This document shows positions 1 to 9,407 of a DNA stretch of 64,000 nucleotides, in pieces; position 1 is the first letter of the stretch; each line of letters begins with the position of its first letter. The stretch comes from Parcubacteria bacterium C7867-005 (lineage in GTDB: Bacteria > Patescibacteriota > Minisyncoccia > Phycocordibacterales > Zambryskibacteraceae): NCBI GenBank assembly GCA_001189165.1, contig LFCO01000001.1, forward strand, positions 10,987 to 74,986, read 5' to 3'. The notes below the pieces were generated by a model. It was given only the letters and a program-made list of their open reading frames with translations. It made no database searches and was not told the DNA's origin. A program made the translations under genes and the position numbers.

Positions 1-16
1 ATCTGTTATAAAAAAG

Positions 17-442
17 GTGAAAAGCCGCGGTGGCAATGGGGGTCGGGAGATAAGTACAAAGATAAATAATATGAGCGCACAAAATGAGAAAAATAACATA
101 ATGCGAGATTTGGGGGTTGTGGCTTTGAGTATTGTCATCGCCATCATTCTGGCAAAAACTGGGGCTTTGGCCGGAATTCTGACGAGCACGCAGGAGTGGA
201 CAATCTTGGGAAGCTTAGTTGCTGGAATATTTTTTGTATCTATTTTTACTGCCGCACCAGCTGGCGTAGTGCTCTTTGAACTAGCGGCCGCCAATCCAAT
301 ATGGGAAGTTGCATTGTTTGGCGGAATCGGCGCACTCATCGGCGATCTGCTTATCTTCCGCTTCATCAAAGACAGTATTTCGGCAGACATTCCAGAAGAG
401 GAGCGTATCGAAATCTCTCAAGTAGTATTTGTTTTGGAATGA
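17..442 (+). CDS. hypothetical membrane protein (2-3 TM helices); true start may be an internal Met
   Basis: ORF track; hydrophobic segments VVALSIVIAIILA and ILGSLVAGIFFVSIF; no recognisable motif. Confidence 0.35.
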   Translation: MKSRGGNGGREISTKINNMSAQNEKNNIMRDLGVVALSIVIAIILAKTGALAGILTSTQEWTILGSLVAGIFFVSIFTAAPAGVVLFELAAANPIWEVALFGGIGALIGDLLIFRFIKDSISADIPEEERIEISQVVFVLE

Positions 443-842
443 GCGGGGCTTGATTGCTCAAGTTGTCTATATTTTAACGGCCCTGCATTTCATAGTCAAC
501 ACAGAAACCAGTATCATTTTTATTTCCTACAACGCAACGAGTTTACATAAAAAGCAAATGGCACACGCTTTTCAAAGTGTGTCATTCATCCGCATCACGA
601 ATCCATCCTTGTGGTGCTTGGTCATTTCAAAATCGATATCTCAAAAACAGCCCTTTTGAAACACCCCCTTTCCGTGTGCTAAGTGTGCCAATTGCGAAAA
701 GAGACCCCTATGCGGGTGCATCGTTTGGGGACTTGGAAAATCTCTCAAGAAGCCTTACACTGCTTGGTATCACCCCGTCCGAGACCTATCGGGGGCACCA
801 GAAGATCGTTGAAATACCGATATATTTTGCTATAATCCTCTG

Positions 843-1088
843 ATGAGTCCTGAAGAAAAAGAGCTTTTAAGGCGTACTCTGAAGTTATCCGAAGACAACA
901 ACAGGATACTTTTGAGGTTACAAAGCTCGGCCCGCTGGCAGGCCTTCTGGAGTCTCATCAAGATTCTTTTCATTGTGTTACCGCTCGTTGTCGGGTATAT
1001 TTTGCTCCAACCTTATTTCGGTTCAGCAAAAGACACCCTTGAACAGGCCAAATCGCTCTTAGATAGTGATCTGATATTGCCGAGATAG
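843..1088 (+). CDS. small hypothetical membrane protein (1 TM)
   Basis: ORF track; TATAAT directly upstream of ATG; TM segment ILFIVLPLVVGYILL. Confidence 0.35.
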   Translation: MSPEEKELLRRTLKLSEDNNRILLRLQSSARWQAFWSLIKILFIVLPLVVGYILLQPYFGSAKDTLEQAKSLLDSDLILPR

Positions 1089-1154
1089 CTCAGTTGGTAG
1101 AGCATTCCCCTGAAGAGGGAAGGGTCCCCAGTTCGAACCTGGGTCTCGGCACCA
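1079..1154 (+). tRNA. tRNA-Phe (anticodon GAA)
   Basis: Hand-folded cloverleaf: acceptor GCCGAGA/TCTCGGC, anticodon stem TTCCC/GGGAA, loop CTGAAGA, T-arm GGGTCCCCAGTTCGAACCTGGG, 3' ACCA encoded. Confidence 0.9.
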
Positions 1155-1158
1155 ATTA

Positions 1159-1190
1159 AAAAACCGTCCTAAATTTAGGACGGTTTTTTA
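1159..1190. terminator. bidirectional rho-independent terminator (aaaaaaccgtcctaaatttaggacggtttttt)
   Basis: Perfect 9-bp stem flanked by A-run and T-run, between tRNA-Phe (+) and hsp20 (-). Confidence 0.6.
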
Positions 1191-1191
1191 A

Positions 1192-1650
1192 TTACTGGCC
1201 TTTGACTTTGAGTTTCGTTAGGCGATGTTTGTCTATCTTTGGTAAGCGGAGTATGAGTAATCCATATTTTTCTACAGCCTCTGATTCCTCGACATCTATT
1301 TCCTCAGGCAAAGGTATAACTCTGGAGAATGATCCCCAGTATAGTTCTCTATGGATATAATCATCTCCGACCAGGGTTCTGTCCTCTTCCCTTTTGCCTC
1401 TTATGGTGACTGAATCTCTGGTGATGGTCACATCGAGGTCTTCTGGTTTAACACCCGCGACCATAGTCTTGATCACGATTTCACTTGGAGTCTGATATAC
1501 ATCAACGGTGAGTTGCCCCTCCTCTTCTTCCTCAAATGCACCTAAACGTGAAGAAGTTTGGCTACTTGGTGTAGGTTCTTCTGTTATTTGTTCATCCTCT
1601 AATCTCACTGCGCCTGTTAGGCGTTCAAAAAAAGATCTTTTGTTGTGCAT
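1192..1650 (-). CDS. small heat-shock protein, Hsp20/alpha-crystallin family
   Basis: 152 aa; alpha-crystallin domain pattern (VDVYQTPSEIVIKTMVAGVKPEDLDVTI...GLLILRLPK). Confidence 0.8.
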   Translation of the reverse strand: MHNKRSFFERLTGAVRLEDEQITEEPTPSSQTSSRLGAFEEEEEGQLTVDVYQTPSEIVIKTMVAGVKPEDLDVTITRDSVTIRGKREEDRTLVGDDYIHRELYWGSFSRVIPLPEEIDVEESEAVEKYGLLILRLPKIDKHRLTKLKVKGQ

Positions 1651-1683
1651 AATGTACTTTTAGACTTTTATTATATCACGCAC

Positions 1684-2436
1684 CTAGATGGTTGTTGAAG
1701 TATTGCCGGTGGATATCGTGTCGCCACTAGCTTGGGGGGACTTGATAGTTTTTACCTTCTCAAATATAAGCAATAATATCGTTATCCCTGCCCACACTGT
1801 GCCGAAAGTGAGGAAAATCCCCACATCTTTTTGGTTGATTATAAACAGATTGAAAACCGTATGGATGATAACTGCCAAAAGGAAAGAGAAGATGCCCCAG
1901 GAGATCTTTTTAAGTTTAGTTTTGTAAAAATTTAAAGAGAGCGCTACTCCGATCGTCGCAGAAGACACTATGTGGAGCAGTGAAGCTCCAATAAATCTCA
2001 TATTGCCCGTGAGCAGGCCCTCCAGGATGTGTTCTCTGACGATCATGTCTTCCTGAAGCAGGGGGTTCATTATAAAGAGCACATTTTCAACAGCCACAAA
2101 CCCAAGTGCCACTACGATCATATACATCATTGGGTCGAGTGGCTCATTATCCTCTCTGCCTCGAATCGCCACATAATATGCTGCCAAGAATTTGAATGCT
2201 TCTTCTGAAAATGCCCAAAAGGTGAAAGCCATCACTCCCATGCCGGGAAATATTCGATCGACCAGTACTTGTACTGGTAGTACTAAAACAACTACCGCGC
2301 CACCAGCTACGAACGTTTTTATTATGAGCCCTATCGGTTCTGGGTTTTGAGCATCCTCACGTAGCCAGAACACAAGCCAAATAATTGCAGGTAGTATCCC
2401 TATAGATAGCGCCAGAAAGATAATAGAGAAATCCAT
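1684..2436 (-). CDS. PrsW-family intramembrane metalloprotease
   Basis: Polytopic membrane protein with EExxK (FSEEAFKF), VENxLF, HxxxxATIG and HTVFN motifs characteristic of PrsW/CAAX-type proteases; start overlaps valS stop (TAATG). Confidence 0.65.
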   Translation of the reverse strand: MDFSIIFLALSIGILPAIIWLVFWLREDAQNPEPIGLIIKTFVAGGAVVVLVLPVQVLVDRIFPGMGVMAFTFWAFSEEAFKFLAAYYVAIRGREDNEPLDPMMYMIVVALGFVAVENVLFIMNPLLQEDMIVREHILEGLLTGNMRFIGASLLHIVSSATIGVALSLNFYKTKLKKISWGIFSFLLAVIIHTVFNLFIINQKDVGIFLTFGTVWAGITILLLIFEKVKTIKSPQASGDTISTGNTSTTI

Positions 2437-4610
2437 TAGTTTTCAAATTTGGGCCAGGACTCAACCATCAACAAGGGCCTATCCTTGGGGTGTGGCATGT
2501 TCTGCCATATTTCTTCGGTCACAAATGGCATGAATGGATGGAGCATCTTTAGGGATGTGCTTAGTATGAAATACAACTTACGCTTCGTTTCCTCATTTGC
2601 TATGTCGCCCTTACTTTCCTCTATGATTTTATCTGCAAATGTATGCCACACATAATGGTAGATTCTCTCAGAGGCATTGTGGATTCTAAAGTTATCAAGT
2701 TCATTTGTTGCTGTAGAGAATTCTTTGTACATCTCCTGTATATCTTCATCTTGGACTTCTGGTGTTTCAAATGAACTGGGTTGATTCGAGAGCACGAATC
2801 GGGTTATGTTCCAAAGCTTGTTGGCAAAATTTTTATAGCCCCGTATCTTGTCTTTGGAGATACTACTGTCTGTGCCCGCAGCTGTCCCAGATATGAGTGC
2901 CATACGACCTGCGTCTGTGCCAAACTCTTTGGCGACATCTATGGGGTCTATGCCGTTTCCCAAGCTCTTTGACATCTTTTGACCCTTGGCATCTCTGACT
3001 GTGCCGTGTAGATAGACAGTGCTGAAGGGAATTTGGCCGAGAACATATCCAGACATGAGCACCATCCGCGCCACCCAGAAAAACAAAATTTCATAACCAG
3101 TCTCAAGCAGGTTTGTTGGGTGATAATCCAGGAGGTCCTTGGTTTTATCTGGCCAACCTAAAGTTGAGAACGTCCAAAGTGCTGAAGAGAACCATGTGTC
3201 CAGAGTATCTGGATCTTGCGTCCAACCATCTTTTTCCCAAGTCTCTGATGGGGGATTTGTATCTACATGAGTTTCTCCGTCTCTATACCATACGGGTATC
3301 CTATGGCCGTACCAGATTTGTCTTGAAATACACCAGTCTCTGAGGTTGTCTATCCAGTGAAAATAAGTTTTATCAAAGTAATCTGGGATTATTTTTATCT
3401 GACCCTGGGACACAGCTTTCTGCATTATTTCTTTTAGGGTTGTTTCGGTTCCTGACTTTATCCCATTTATTTCTGAATGGGGGAGAATGAATGGTTTGTT
3501 CACTGCTACGAACCACTGAGTCATGATCTGTGGTTCTATGATCCCCCCTGTTCTCTCTGCGGTGGCTATGTTGTGGGTATAGTCTTCTGTCTTTACCAAC
3601 AAGCCTTTGGCATCCAGTTTCTCTATGATTTTCTCCCTGGCATCTTTGATCTTCATCATGGCGAATTCACCCGCGATTGGTAGTAATTTGCCGTACTGAT
3701 CGATGATTTTCTCTCTGTCCAACTTGTGTGTTTCTGCGATATCAAAATCTATTTGTGAATGAGCAGGGGTTATGGTCATCACTCCGGTGCCGAATTCCAT
3801 ATCAATCCTCTCATCTTTGATCACCGTTGCTTCGATCGGTCCATTTATCCACTCAACCATCAGTTTTTGTCCGTGGGTATATTCCTTGAACCTACTGTCT
3901 TCTGGATGCATCACTACATACTTGTCTCCGAATTTTGTTTCTGGCCGGGCTGTCCCTATAGTGAATGGCCCATATTTGAGATAATAAAATTTGGTTTTTT
4001 CTTCTACATAGACAACCTCATCGTCTGCGATTGTTGTCTGGCCCTTGGTGTCCCAGTTGACCATCCTCTCTCCACGATAAATTAACCCATCCTCATACAT
4101 CTTCTTGAAGACCGTTTTAACTGCCAAGTTTCTTTTTTCATCTAAGGTAAAGGCTTCTCTGCCCCAGTCACAGCTTGCGCCCATCACTTTTATTTGGGAG
4201 ACGATAGTGTCGTGGCTTTGCTTTGCAAAACTGTCGATCCTTTTTAGGAGTTCTTCACGTCCGATATCGTGCCTGCTTTTCTTTTCTTCTTTTTGAATCT
4301 CTTTCTCGACTTTGGATTGGGTGGCTATGGCCGCATGATCAGTCCCTGGAAGCCACAGGGTGCGTTTGCCGAGCATTCGGTTATACCTTACGAAGATATC
4401 TTCTACGGTGAGCATTAGTGCGTGCCCCATATGTAAAACCCCAGTCACGTTTGGTGGAGGCATGATAACCGTGTAGGTTGGGGCATCCTCTCTTGTAAAC
4501 CCTGATTCTATGGCTTTATTGGGGTTGAAAAATCCACCTTCTTCCCACAGAGAATAGATCCTTGCTTCGGTTTCAGTCGGATTATATGGCTTAAGAAACC
4601 TCTCATTCAT
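2436..4610 (-). CDS. valS: valyl-tRNA synthetase (short form lacking C-terminal coiled coil)
   Basis: Class I aaRS motifs PPPNVTGVLHMGHAL (HIGH variant typical of ValRS) and KMSKSLGNGIDP. Confidence 0.8.
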   Translation of the reverse strand: MNERFLKPYNPTETEARIYSLWEEGGFFNPNKAIESGFTREDAPTYTVIMPPPNVTGVLHMGHALMLTVEDIFVRYNRMLGKRTLWLPGTDHAAIATQSKVEKEIQKEEKKSRHDIGREELLKRIDSFAKQSHDTIVSQIKVMGASCDWGREAFTLDEKRNLAVKTVFKKMYEDGLIYRGERMVNWDTKGQTTIADDEVVYVEEKTKFYYLKYGPFTIGTARPETKFGDKYVVMHPEDSRFKEYTHGQKLMVEWINGPIEATVIKDERIDMEFGTGVMTITPAHSQIDFDIAETHKLDREKIIDQYGKLLPIAGEFAMMKIKDAREKIIEKLDAKGLLVKTEDYTHNIATAERTGGIIEPQIMTQWFVAVNKPFILPHSEINGIKSGTETTLKEIMQKAVSQGQIKIIPDYFDKTYFHWIDNLRDWCISRQIWYGHRIPVWYRDGETHVDTNPPSETWEKDGWTQDPDTLDTWFSSALWTFSTLGWPDKTKDLLDYHPTNLLETGYEILFFWVARMVLMSGYVLGQIPFSTVYLHGTVRDAKGQKMSKSLGNGIDPIDVAKEFGTDAGRMALISGTAAGTDSSISKDKIRGYKNFANKLWNITRFVLSNQPSSFETPEVQDEDIQEMYKEFSTATNELDNFRIHNASERIYHYVWHTFADKIIEESKGDIANEETKRKLYFILSTSLKMLHPFMPFVTEEIWQNMPHPKDRPLLMVESWPKFEN

Positions 4611-4887
4611 GTATTTCTATATTAACACAAGATATTTGGTGATAATTTGTGTTTGTATAGGACAAAATTTACACAGCCGATGCTCTGTTTCTGAGTAAAA
4701 AACAGAACCAGCGAACAGCCCTTATTCTATAGACATTTTTATCAGAATTAAAAATCCATTTAAGAGCATCTTCACCATAAAGGACAAATATGTATTATGT
4801 GTTGATAACAAAGGGTATTATTGCAGTTCTAGATACAAGCGCAACTATTGACAATTTTCTAAAAAAACGTAGGGTAGTGATGCCTGT

Positions 4888-7116
4888 ATGATAAAAGCTT
4901 TGAGACAAAAAACTCTCGTCAAAATCACCACATTTTATATGTTGGTGGCCTTATCTTTAGGAAGTTTCCCCTTTGATGTGTTCGCCGATACCCCTACGAT
5001 CACACTCCTTGCGAATGGACAGAGTTCTCTGACCCTATCTGGTCCAACCGAATCCTTTACGATCACCCTAAGCACTGCGAATCCTGCAGATATTTGTACT
5101 CAAACATCTCCTATAAATTCAGGAATTTCTTCCTCTTCTAGTGAAAACATAGATCCAAGTCATCCATTTTATCCACCTGCTGGTGGCAGTACCACCTTTT
5201 CTGTCACCTGTGATGATGGGGCCGGACTCACTGCTTCTGCGAGTGTCACCGTCTCTCTGCCACCAGCACCGGCTCCACTACCCACAGTAGACCTGACCGT
5301 AAATGGCTCAAATGGACCTGTCACCCTTAACTCTGGAGACACCTATACATATTCTTGGAATTCAACAAACTCCACCTCCTGTGAACAGACTTCACCGGCC
5401 ACTTCCGGCATTGCTCTTTCAGGATCTAGTGCAACGATCGATTCCAGTAATCCTTTCTATCCATCAACCACCACTCCGGTAACTCTCACCATGACCTGTA
5501 CAGATGGCACTAACACAGCGAGCGACTCTGTGACAGTAAACCTCTCAAGCGGAGGAGGCTCTACGCCGACTTCTCCTACAATAGACCTGACCGTAAATGG
5601 CTCAAATGGACCCGTTGTTTTGAGCACCGGCAACACCTATACATATTCATGGAATTCATCTAACGCTACGTCCTGCCGAGAGACCTCTCCACTGTTCTCT
5701 GGAACCTCTCTATTTGGTACCAGTGCGGTTATAGATTCAAGCCACCCTTTCTATCCTTCTGTGGGTTCACCCGTCACCATCACTATCGAATGTACTGACG
5801 GAGCTGTTACTGTAAGTGACTCTGTCGTGGTTAGCCTCTCAAGCGGAGGTGGAAATCCAAATCCAACCACTCCTACTGTGGATATCAAGGCGAATGGTTC
5901 TGACGGTCCGGTCACCCTCAATTCTGGTGATACCTATACATATTCTTGGACATCGGCTAATGCTACTTCTTGTTTACAGACAGCTCCTATAAATGCGGGT
6001 GTTTCTGCTACAGGTACAAGTGCGGTTATAGACTCAAACAATACTGATCTTTATCCATTGGTAAACGCACCAGTCACCCTCACTATCACCTGTACAGATG
6101 GCACTAACACAGCGAGCGACTCTGTGACAGTAAACCTCTCAAGCGGAGGAGGGAATCCAAGTACCCCACCAGGGGATGATGACGACAATGGTGGTGGAGG
6201 AGGGGGAGGCAGACGCAGGTCAACACCCCCTGCGACAGACACACGCTCTTGCTTGTGGTTAAGGGATTATATGAGGATTGATTTTCAGAACGACCAGATA
6301 GAGGTTATGAAGCTCCAGACTTTCCTAAAGGACATGATGGGTTACAGTGGAGTCACCGTCACTGGTACCTTCGATCAGGGAACATTTGATGCTGTATCCG
6401 CTTTCCAGATGCAATATGAGGCAGATATCCTCACTCCATGGGGTCACACAGCTCCAACAGGTTATGTTTATATACTAACCCTCAAGAAGGTTAATGAGAT
6501 TTTCTGCCAGAGAGCCTTCCCTATAACAGACTCACAAGAATTAGAGATAATCGCCTTCAGAGCTCTGCTCCAGAGTCTCAGGGATAGGGGATTTGAGGTC
6601 GGAAATACGCCTGACGGCACGGTCCTCACGCCTCCAGAGGGAGCAACAACCACTCCGCCGGAGATACCGACCGTCGGTCAAGGACAAAATTTACGGAATC
6701 TGGCCTCAGCCATATTCACACTCCCAACAGATCTGGGCGACTTCATGCAGTGCCTATACGAGTGGTTACTCATAGTAATTGTCCTTTATATCTTGGGAAG
6801 TGTCCTTAAAGATGTCCTTTATAAGGATCTCCCAGAGAATAGTCGAAAGAGATTCTTTGTGAAGTGGATAACAATATTAGCTGGCCTCGTCATCTCTATC
6901 GTATTGGCTCTCATATTTGGCGAGCTATGTATTATCTTCCCACTCGCCCTGTCATTCCTAGTGGCACTTATGTGGATTCTCACCAGCAAGAATCATGACT
7001 CGATCAGAGTCTCAGTCAAATCTTGGTACATCGTCCTCATGGCAAGATCTAAGTCTTTCTTCAATAAGGCAAACAGACCAAAGGAGATAGAAGCACCAAA
7101 GATTCCTAAAAACTAA
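4888..7116 (+). CDS. large secreted/cell-surface protein: signal peptide, 4 tandem Ig-like repeats (~95 aa), Gly-rich linker, peptidoglycan-binding (PG_binding_1-like) domain, C-terminal 3-TM anchor
   Basis: Repeated motif TVNGSNGPVTLNSGDTYTYSWNS..SC..TSP x4; PGBD signature LQTFLKDMMGYSGVTVTGTFDQGTFDAVSAFQ; GGGGGGGRRR linker; hydrophobic C-terminus. Confidence 0.7.
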   Translation: MIKALRQKTLVKITTFYMLVALSLGSFPFDVFADTPTITLLANGQSSLTLSGPTESFTITLSTANPADICTQTSPINSGISSSSSENIDPSHPFYPPAGGSTTFSVTCDDGAGLTASASVTVSLPPAPAPLPTVDLTVNGSNGPVTLNSGDTYTYSWNSTNSTSCEQTSPATSGIALSGSSATIDSSNPFYPSTTTPVTLTMTCTDGTNTASDSVTVNLSSGGGSTPTSPTIDLTVNGSNGPVVLSTGNTYTYSWNSSNATSCRETSPLFSGTSLFGTSAVIDSSHPFYPSVGSPVTITIECTDGAVTVSDSVVVSLSSGGGNPNPTTPTVDIKANGSDGPVTLNSGDTYTYSWTSANATSCLQTAPINAGVSATGTSAVIDSNNTDLYPLVNAPVTLTITCTDGTNTASDSVTVNLSSGGGNPSTPPGDDDDNGGGGGGGRRRSTPPATDTRSCLWLRDYMRIDFQNDQIEVMKLQTFLKDMMGYSGVTVTGTFDQGTFDAVSAFQMQYEADILTPWGHTAPTGYVYILTLKKVNEIFCQRAFPITDSQELEIIAFRALLQSLRDRGFEVGNTPDGTVLTPPEGATTTPPEIPTVGQGQNLRNLASAIFTLPTDLGDFMQCLYEWLLIVIVLYILGSVLKDVLYKDLPENSRKRFFVKWITILAGLVISIVLALIFGELCIIFPLALSFLVALMWILTSKNHDSIRVSVKSWYIVLMARSKSFFNKANRPKEIEAPKIPKN
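5290..6170 (+). repeat. DNA-level tandem repeats (~290-bp period) inside the surface protein gene
   Basis: Near-identical stretches e.g. gtaaatggctcaaatggacc (5301, 5592) and gcgagcgactctgtgacagtaaacctctcaagcggagga (5518, 6112). Confidence 0.65.
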
Positions 7117-8272
7117 GATTTCCGTTCGCCTTTAGCCGTTCTGGATTACCTGTGGATAACTTGTTGATTACTTTACCGCCAGAAATCTGGATATAGGCTG
7201 AAATACCTATCATCACTGCATTGTCTGTTGTCAAGGATTTCTCTGGTAGAAGTAGGTCGAGCCCAGAGAATTTGTCCGCGAGCTTGTGTAGCTCTCTTTG
7301 TAGATGGATGTTTTGAGATACTCCACCAGCGACAATCAGAGTTTTAGTATCGTATTTTTCTAAGGCTTGTTCGGTTTTGCTAATAAGTACTTCTACGGCC
7401 GAGTCCTCGAATTCATGAGACATCTCTTCTCGGATGTTTTCATTCACACCAGTTTCTTTTAATTTATATAAAACAGAAGTTTTCAGTCCAGAAAAAGAAA
7501 AGTCCAGATCTTTTGAATTGATCATCGGACGGGGTAAGGAAAAGGTTGGGACGAGGTTCTTGGATCGATGAAGTTCTGCAAGGGCAGAGACCTTTGGTCC
7601 GCCTGGATAAGGGAGGTCCAGTAAGCGAGCGACCTTGTCGAAAGCTTCGCCTACTGCATCATCTCTGGTCTTGCCTACGATCTTATATTCACCAAAGTTT
7701 TTGATATATACGAGTTCGGTGTGTCCTCCGGAAACAAGCAATGCAAGGGCGGGGAATACGAGTTTTTCTTTCAGATTAAGTAATGGGGAATAGATGTGAC
7801 CCTCCATATGATTCACTGGGTATACGGGCAGATCCCACAAAACTCCGAGTGCTTCTGCAAAGACTATACCTACCCACAATGCTGGTTCGAGCCCGGGACC
7901 AGTGGTTACTGCGATAGAGTCTATGTTTGGTTTATCTATCTCTAATATTTCTTTGGAGAACAATTTATATAGATCAGGCTCTTTGGTCAGGATTTTCTCT
8001 ATTTTCTCGATCATCTCTTGTGTTGGTTTTAAGCCGTATTTGGATTCGCCAAAGGCTTGTCTGAGGGTGGTGAGAAGAATGGGGACGAGGTTCTTGGCAT
8101 GTTCCCTGCGAGCGAGATTTGGATAGACCCCACCGAATTCTTTGTGGAGGTCTATCTGAGAGACAAGGGTGTTGCCAAGCACCTTGAATTCAGGGGATTT
8201 TAGCCCTCCTTCGGCCTCAAGTATGGCTATGGCTGTCTCATCACAGCTAGTTTCTATGGCTAAAATTTTCAT
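7106..8272 (-). CDS. tsaD: tRNA N6-adenosine threonylcarbamoyltransferase TsaD (Kae1/Gcp)
   Basis: MKILAIETSCDETAIAIL N-terminus, HMEGH metal-binding motif, GGVSQN. Confidence 0.85.
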   Translation of the reverse strand: MKILAIETSCDETAIAILEAEGGLKSPEFKVLGNTLVSQIDLHKEFGGVYPNLARREHAKNLVPILLTTLRQAFGESKYGLKPTQEMIEKIEKILTKEPDLYKLFSKEILEIDKPNIDSIAVTTGPGLEPALWVGIVFAEALGVLWDLPVYPVNHMEGHIYSPLLNLKEKLVFPALALLVSGGHTELVYIKNFGEYKIVGKTRDDAVGEAFDKVARLLDLPYPGGPKVSALAELHRSKNLVPTFSLPRPMINSKDLDFSFSGLKTSVLYKLKETGVNENIREEMSHEFEDSAVEVLISKTEQALEKYDTKTLIVAGGVSQNIHLQRELHKLADKFSGLDLLLPEKSLTTDNAVMIGISAYIQISGGKVINKLSTGNPERLKANGNLSF

Positions 8273-8364
8273 TTGGCAATTATAGCTTATTTGTTGTATT
8301 AAATTTTTGAATTCATATAAAAGCGAAGCCCCCTTTCCAACCGAAGTTGAATTGGGGGCATGGT

Positions 8365-8562
8365 CTAGGTGTCGCTATTTTCTTCGAGTTCGAGCATATA
8401 GCAGACGCAGTTCTGTTCGAGCTGATCGCATTTGTCACAGACATATGCGCCTGGGTCTAGCCTGATAGCACAATTGCGACAAATTGGTTCGCTGCCGATC
8501 CAGCCGTGCTTCGTCGTGGAATTAATTTCCTTCTCGCAGATATCGCAGATCACCTTAGACAT
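8365..8562 (-). CDS. small zinc-ribbon protein (8 Cys in CxxC pairs)
   Basis: 65 aa; CDIC...CRNC...CDKC...CVC; strong RBS AAGGAGATGTAATG. Confidence 0.5.
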   Translation of the reverse strand: MSKVICDICEKEINSTTKHGWIGSEPICRNCAIRLDPGAYVCDKCDQLEQNCVCYMLELEENSDT

Positions 8563-8728
8563 TACATCTCCTTGTGGGGGTTAGCCTACAAAGAGTTCTC
8601 GCATCCGCTTGCTCCCGAAGGAGGGGTGAAGGAGGCGAAACCTTACTTGCCCTGTATCCCTGATTACCCGTAGGGGATTACAAGTCGACTTTCGTCATTC
8701 AGGTCTTCTACACGCAATATTAGCACAT

Positions 8729-9313
8729 TTAAATCCTTATGTCAAGTCTGATGGTTTTAAACCATTCGTAGGCTTCCAACTCTAATTGATTTAGAAATGC
8801 AGTCTTGGCTTCTCTGTATGCGGGATAATCATTTGGATAAAGTTCTACGTTTCTCTGCTTCAAGTCAGAGTAATCTCTGGCTTTTTCTGGATGAGTTCTT
8901 AGGTAATCCCTCATGATAATAAACTGACGAGCTTTAGCCGACTCTATTTCACAGACATGAATATTTTCTAGCTTTTCACCATCAGGACCTAATTTAAAGA
9001 AAAGAAGAGTGTTGGGTGCTATATAGTTTTCTCCCCATTCGTATCCGGCTTCAACTATAGCCTGTTTCTCTTTGTCAAAAGCTTCCACTTTCTCTACAGC
9101 CACTAAAACATCTATCAGTGGTTTTGCTTTCATCCCTTCAATCGAAGTACTCCCAACATGCTCGATTTTTGTTGCTTTATTTCCAAATATATTTGTAAGG
9201 AAGTTTTCGATAGAAGAAAATTGAGCTTTCCAATTTGGATCGTATTCTGAAAACGAATATTTTCTCTTTATATTTTTATCAAGTTCTTTCATGTGACGAA
9301 TATAATTATACAA
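8729..9313 (-). CDS. GrpB-family (UPF0157) nucleotidyltransferase-fold protein
   Basis: IEHVGSTSIEGMKAKPLIDVLVAV motif typical of GrpB. Confidence 0.7.
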   Translation of the reverse strand: MYNYIRHMKELDKNIKRKYSFSEYDPNWKAQFSSIENFLTNIFGNKATKIEHVGSTSIEGMKAKPLIDVLVAVEKVEAFDKEKQAIVEAGYEWGENYIAPNTLLFFKLGPDGEKLENIHVCEIESAKARQFIIMRDYLRTHPEKARDYSDLKQRNVELYPNDYPAYREAKTAFLNQLELEAYEWFKTIRLDIRI

Positions 9314-9407
9314 AATTAGAAGAGTGTTTGTGGGTATTTAACTTTTTTTCAAATATAAACAATGAACCCGCCTCCGACAGAGACGGGTGTCTTGTCGGGG
9401 CGGGCGG

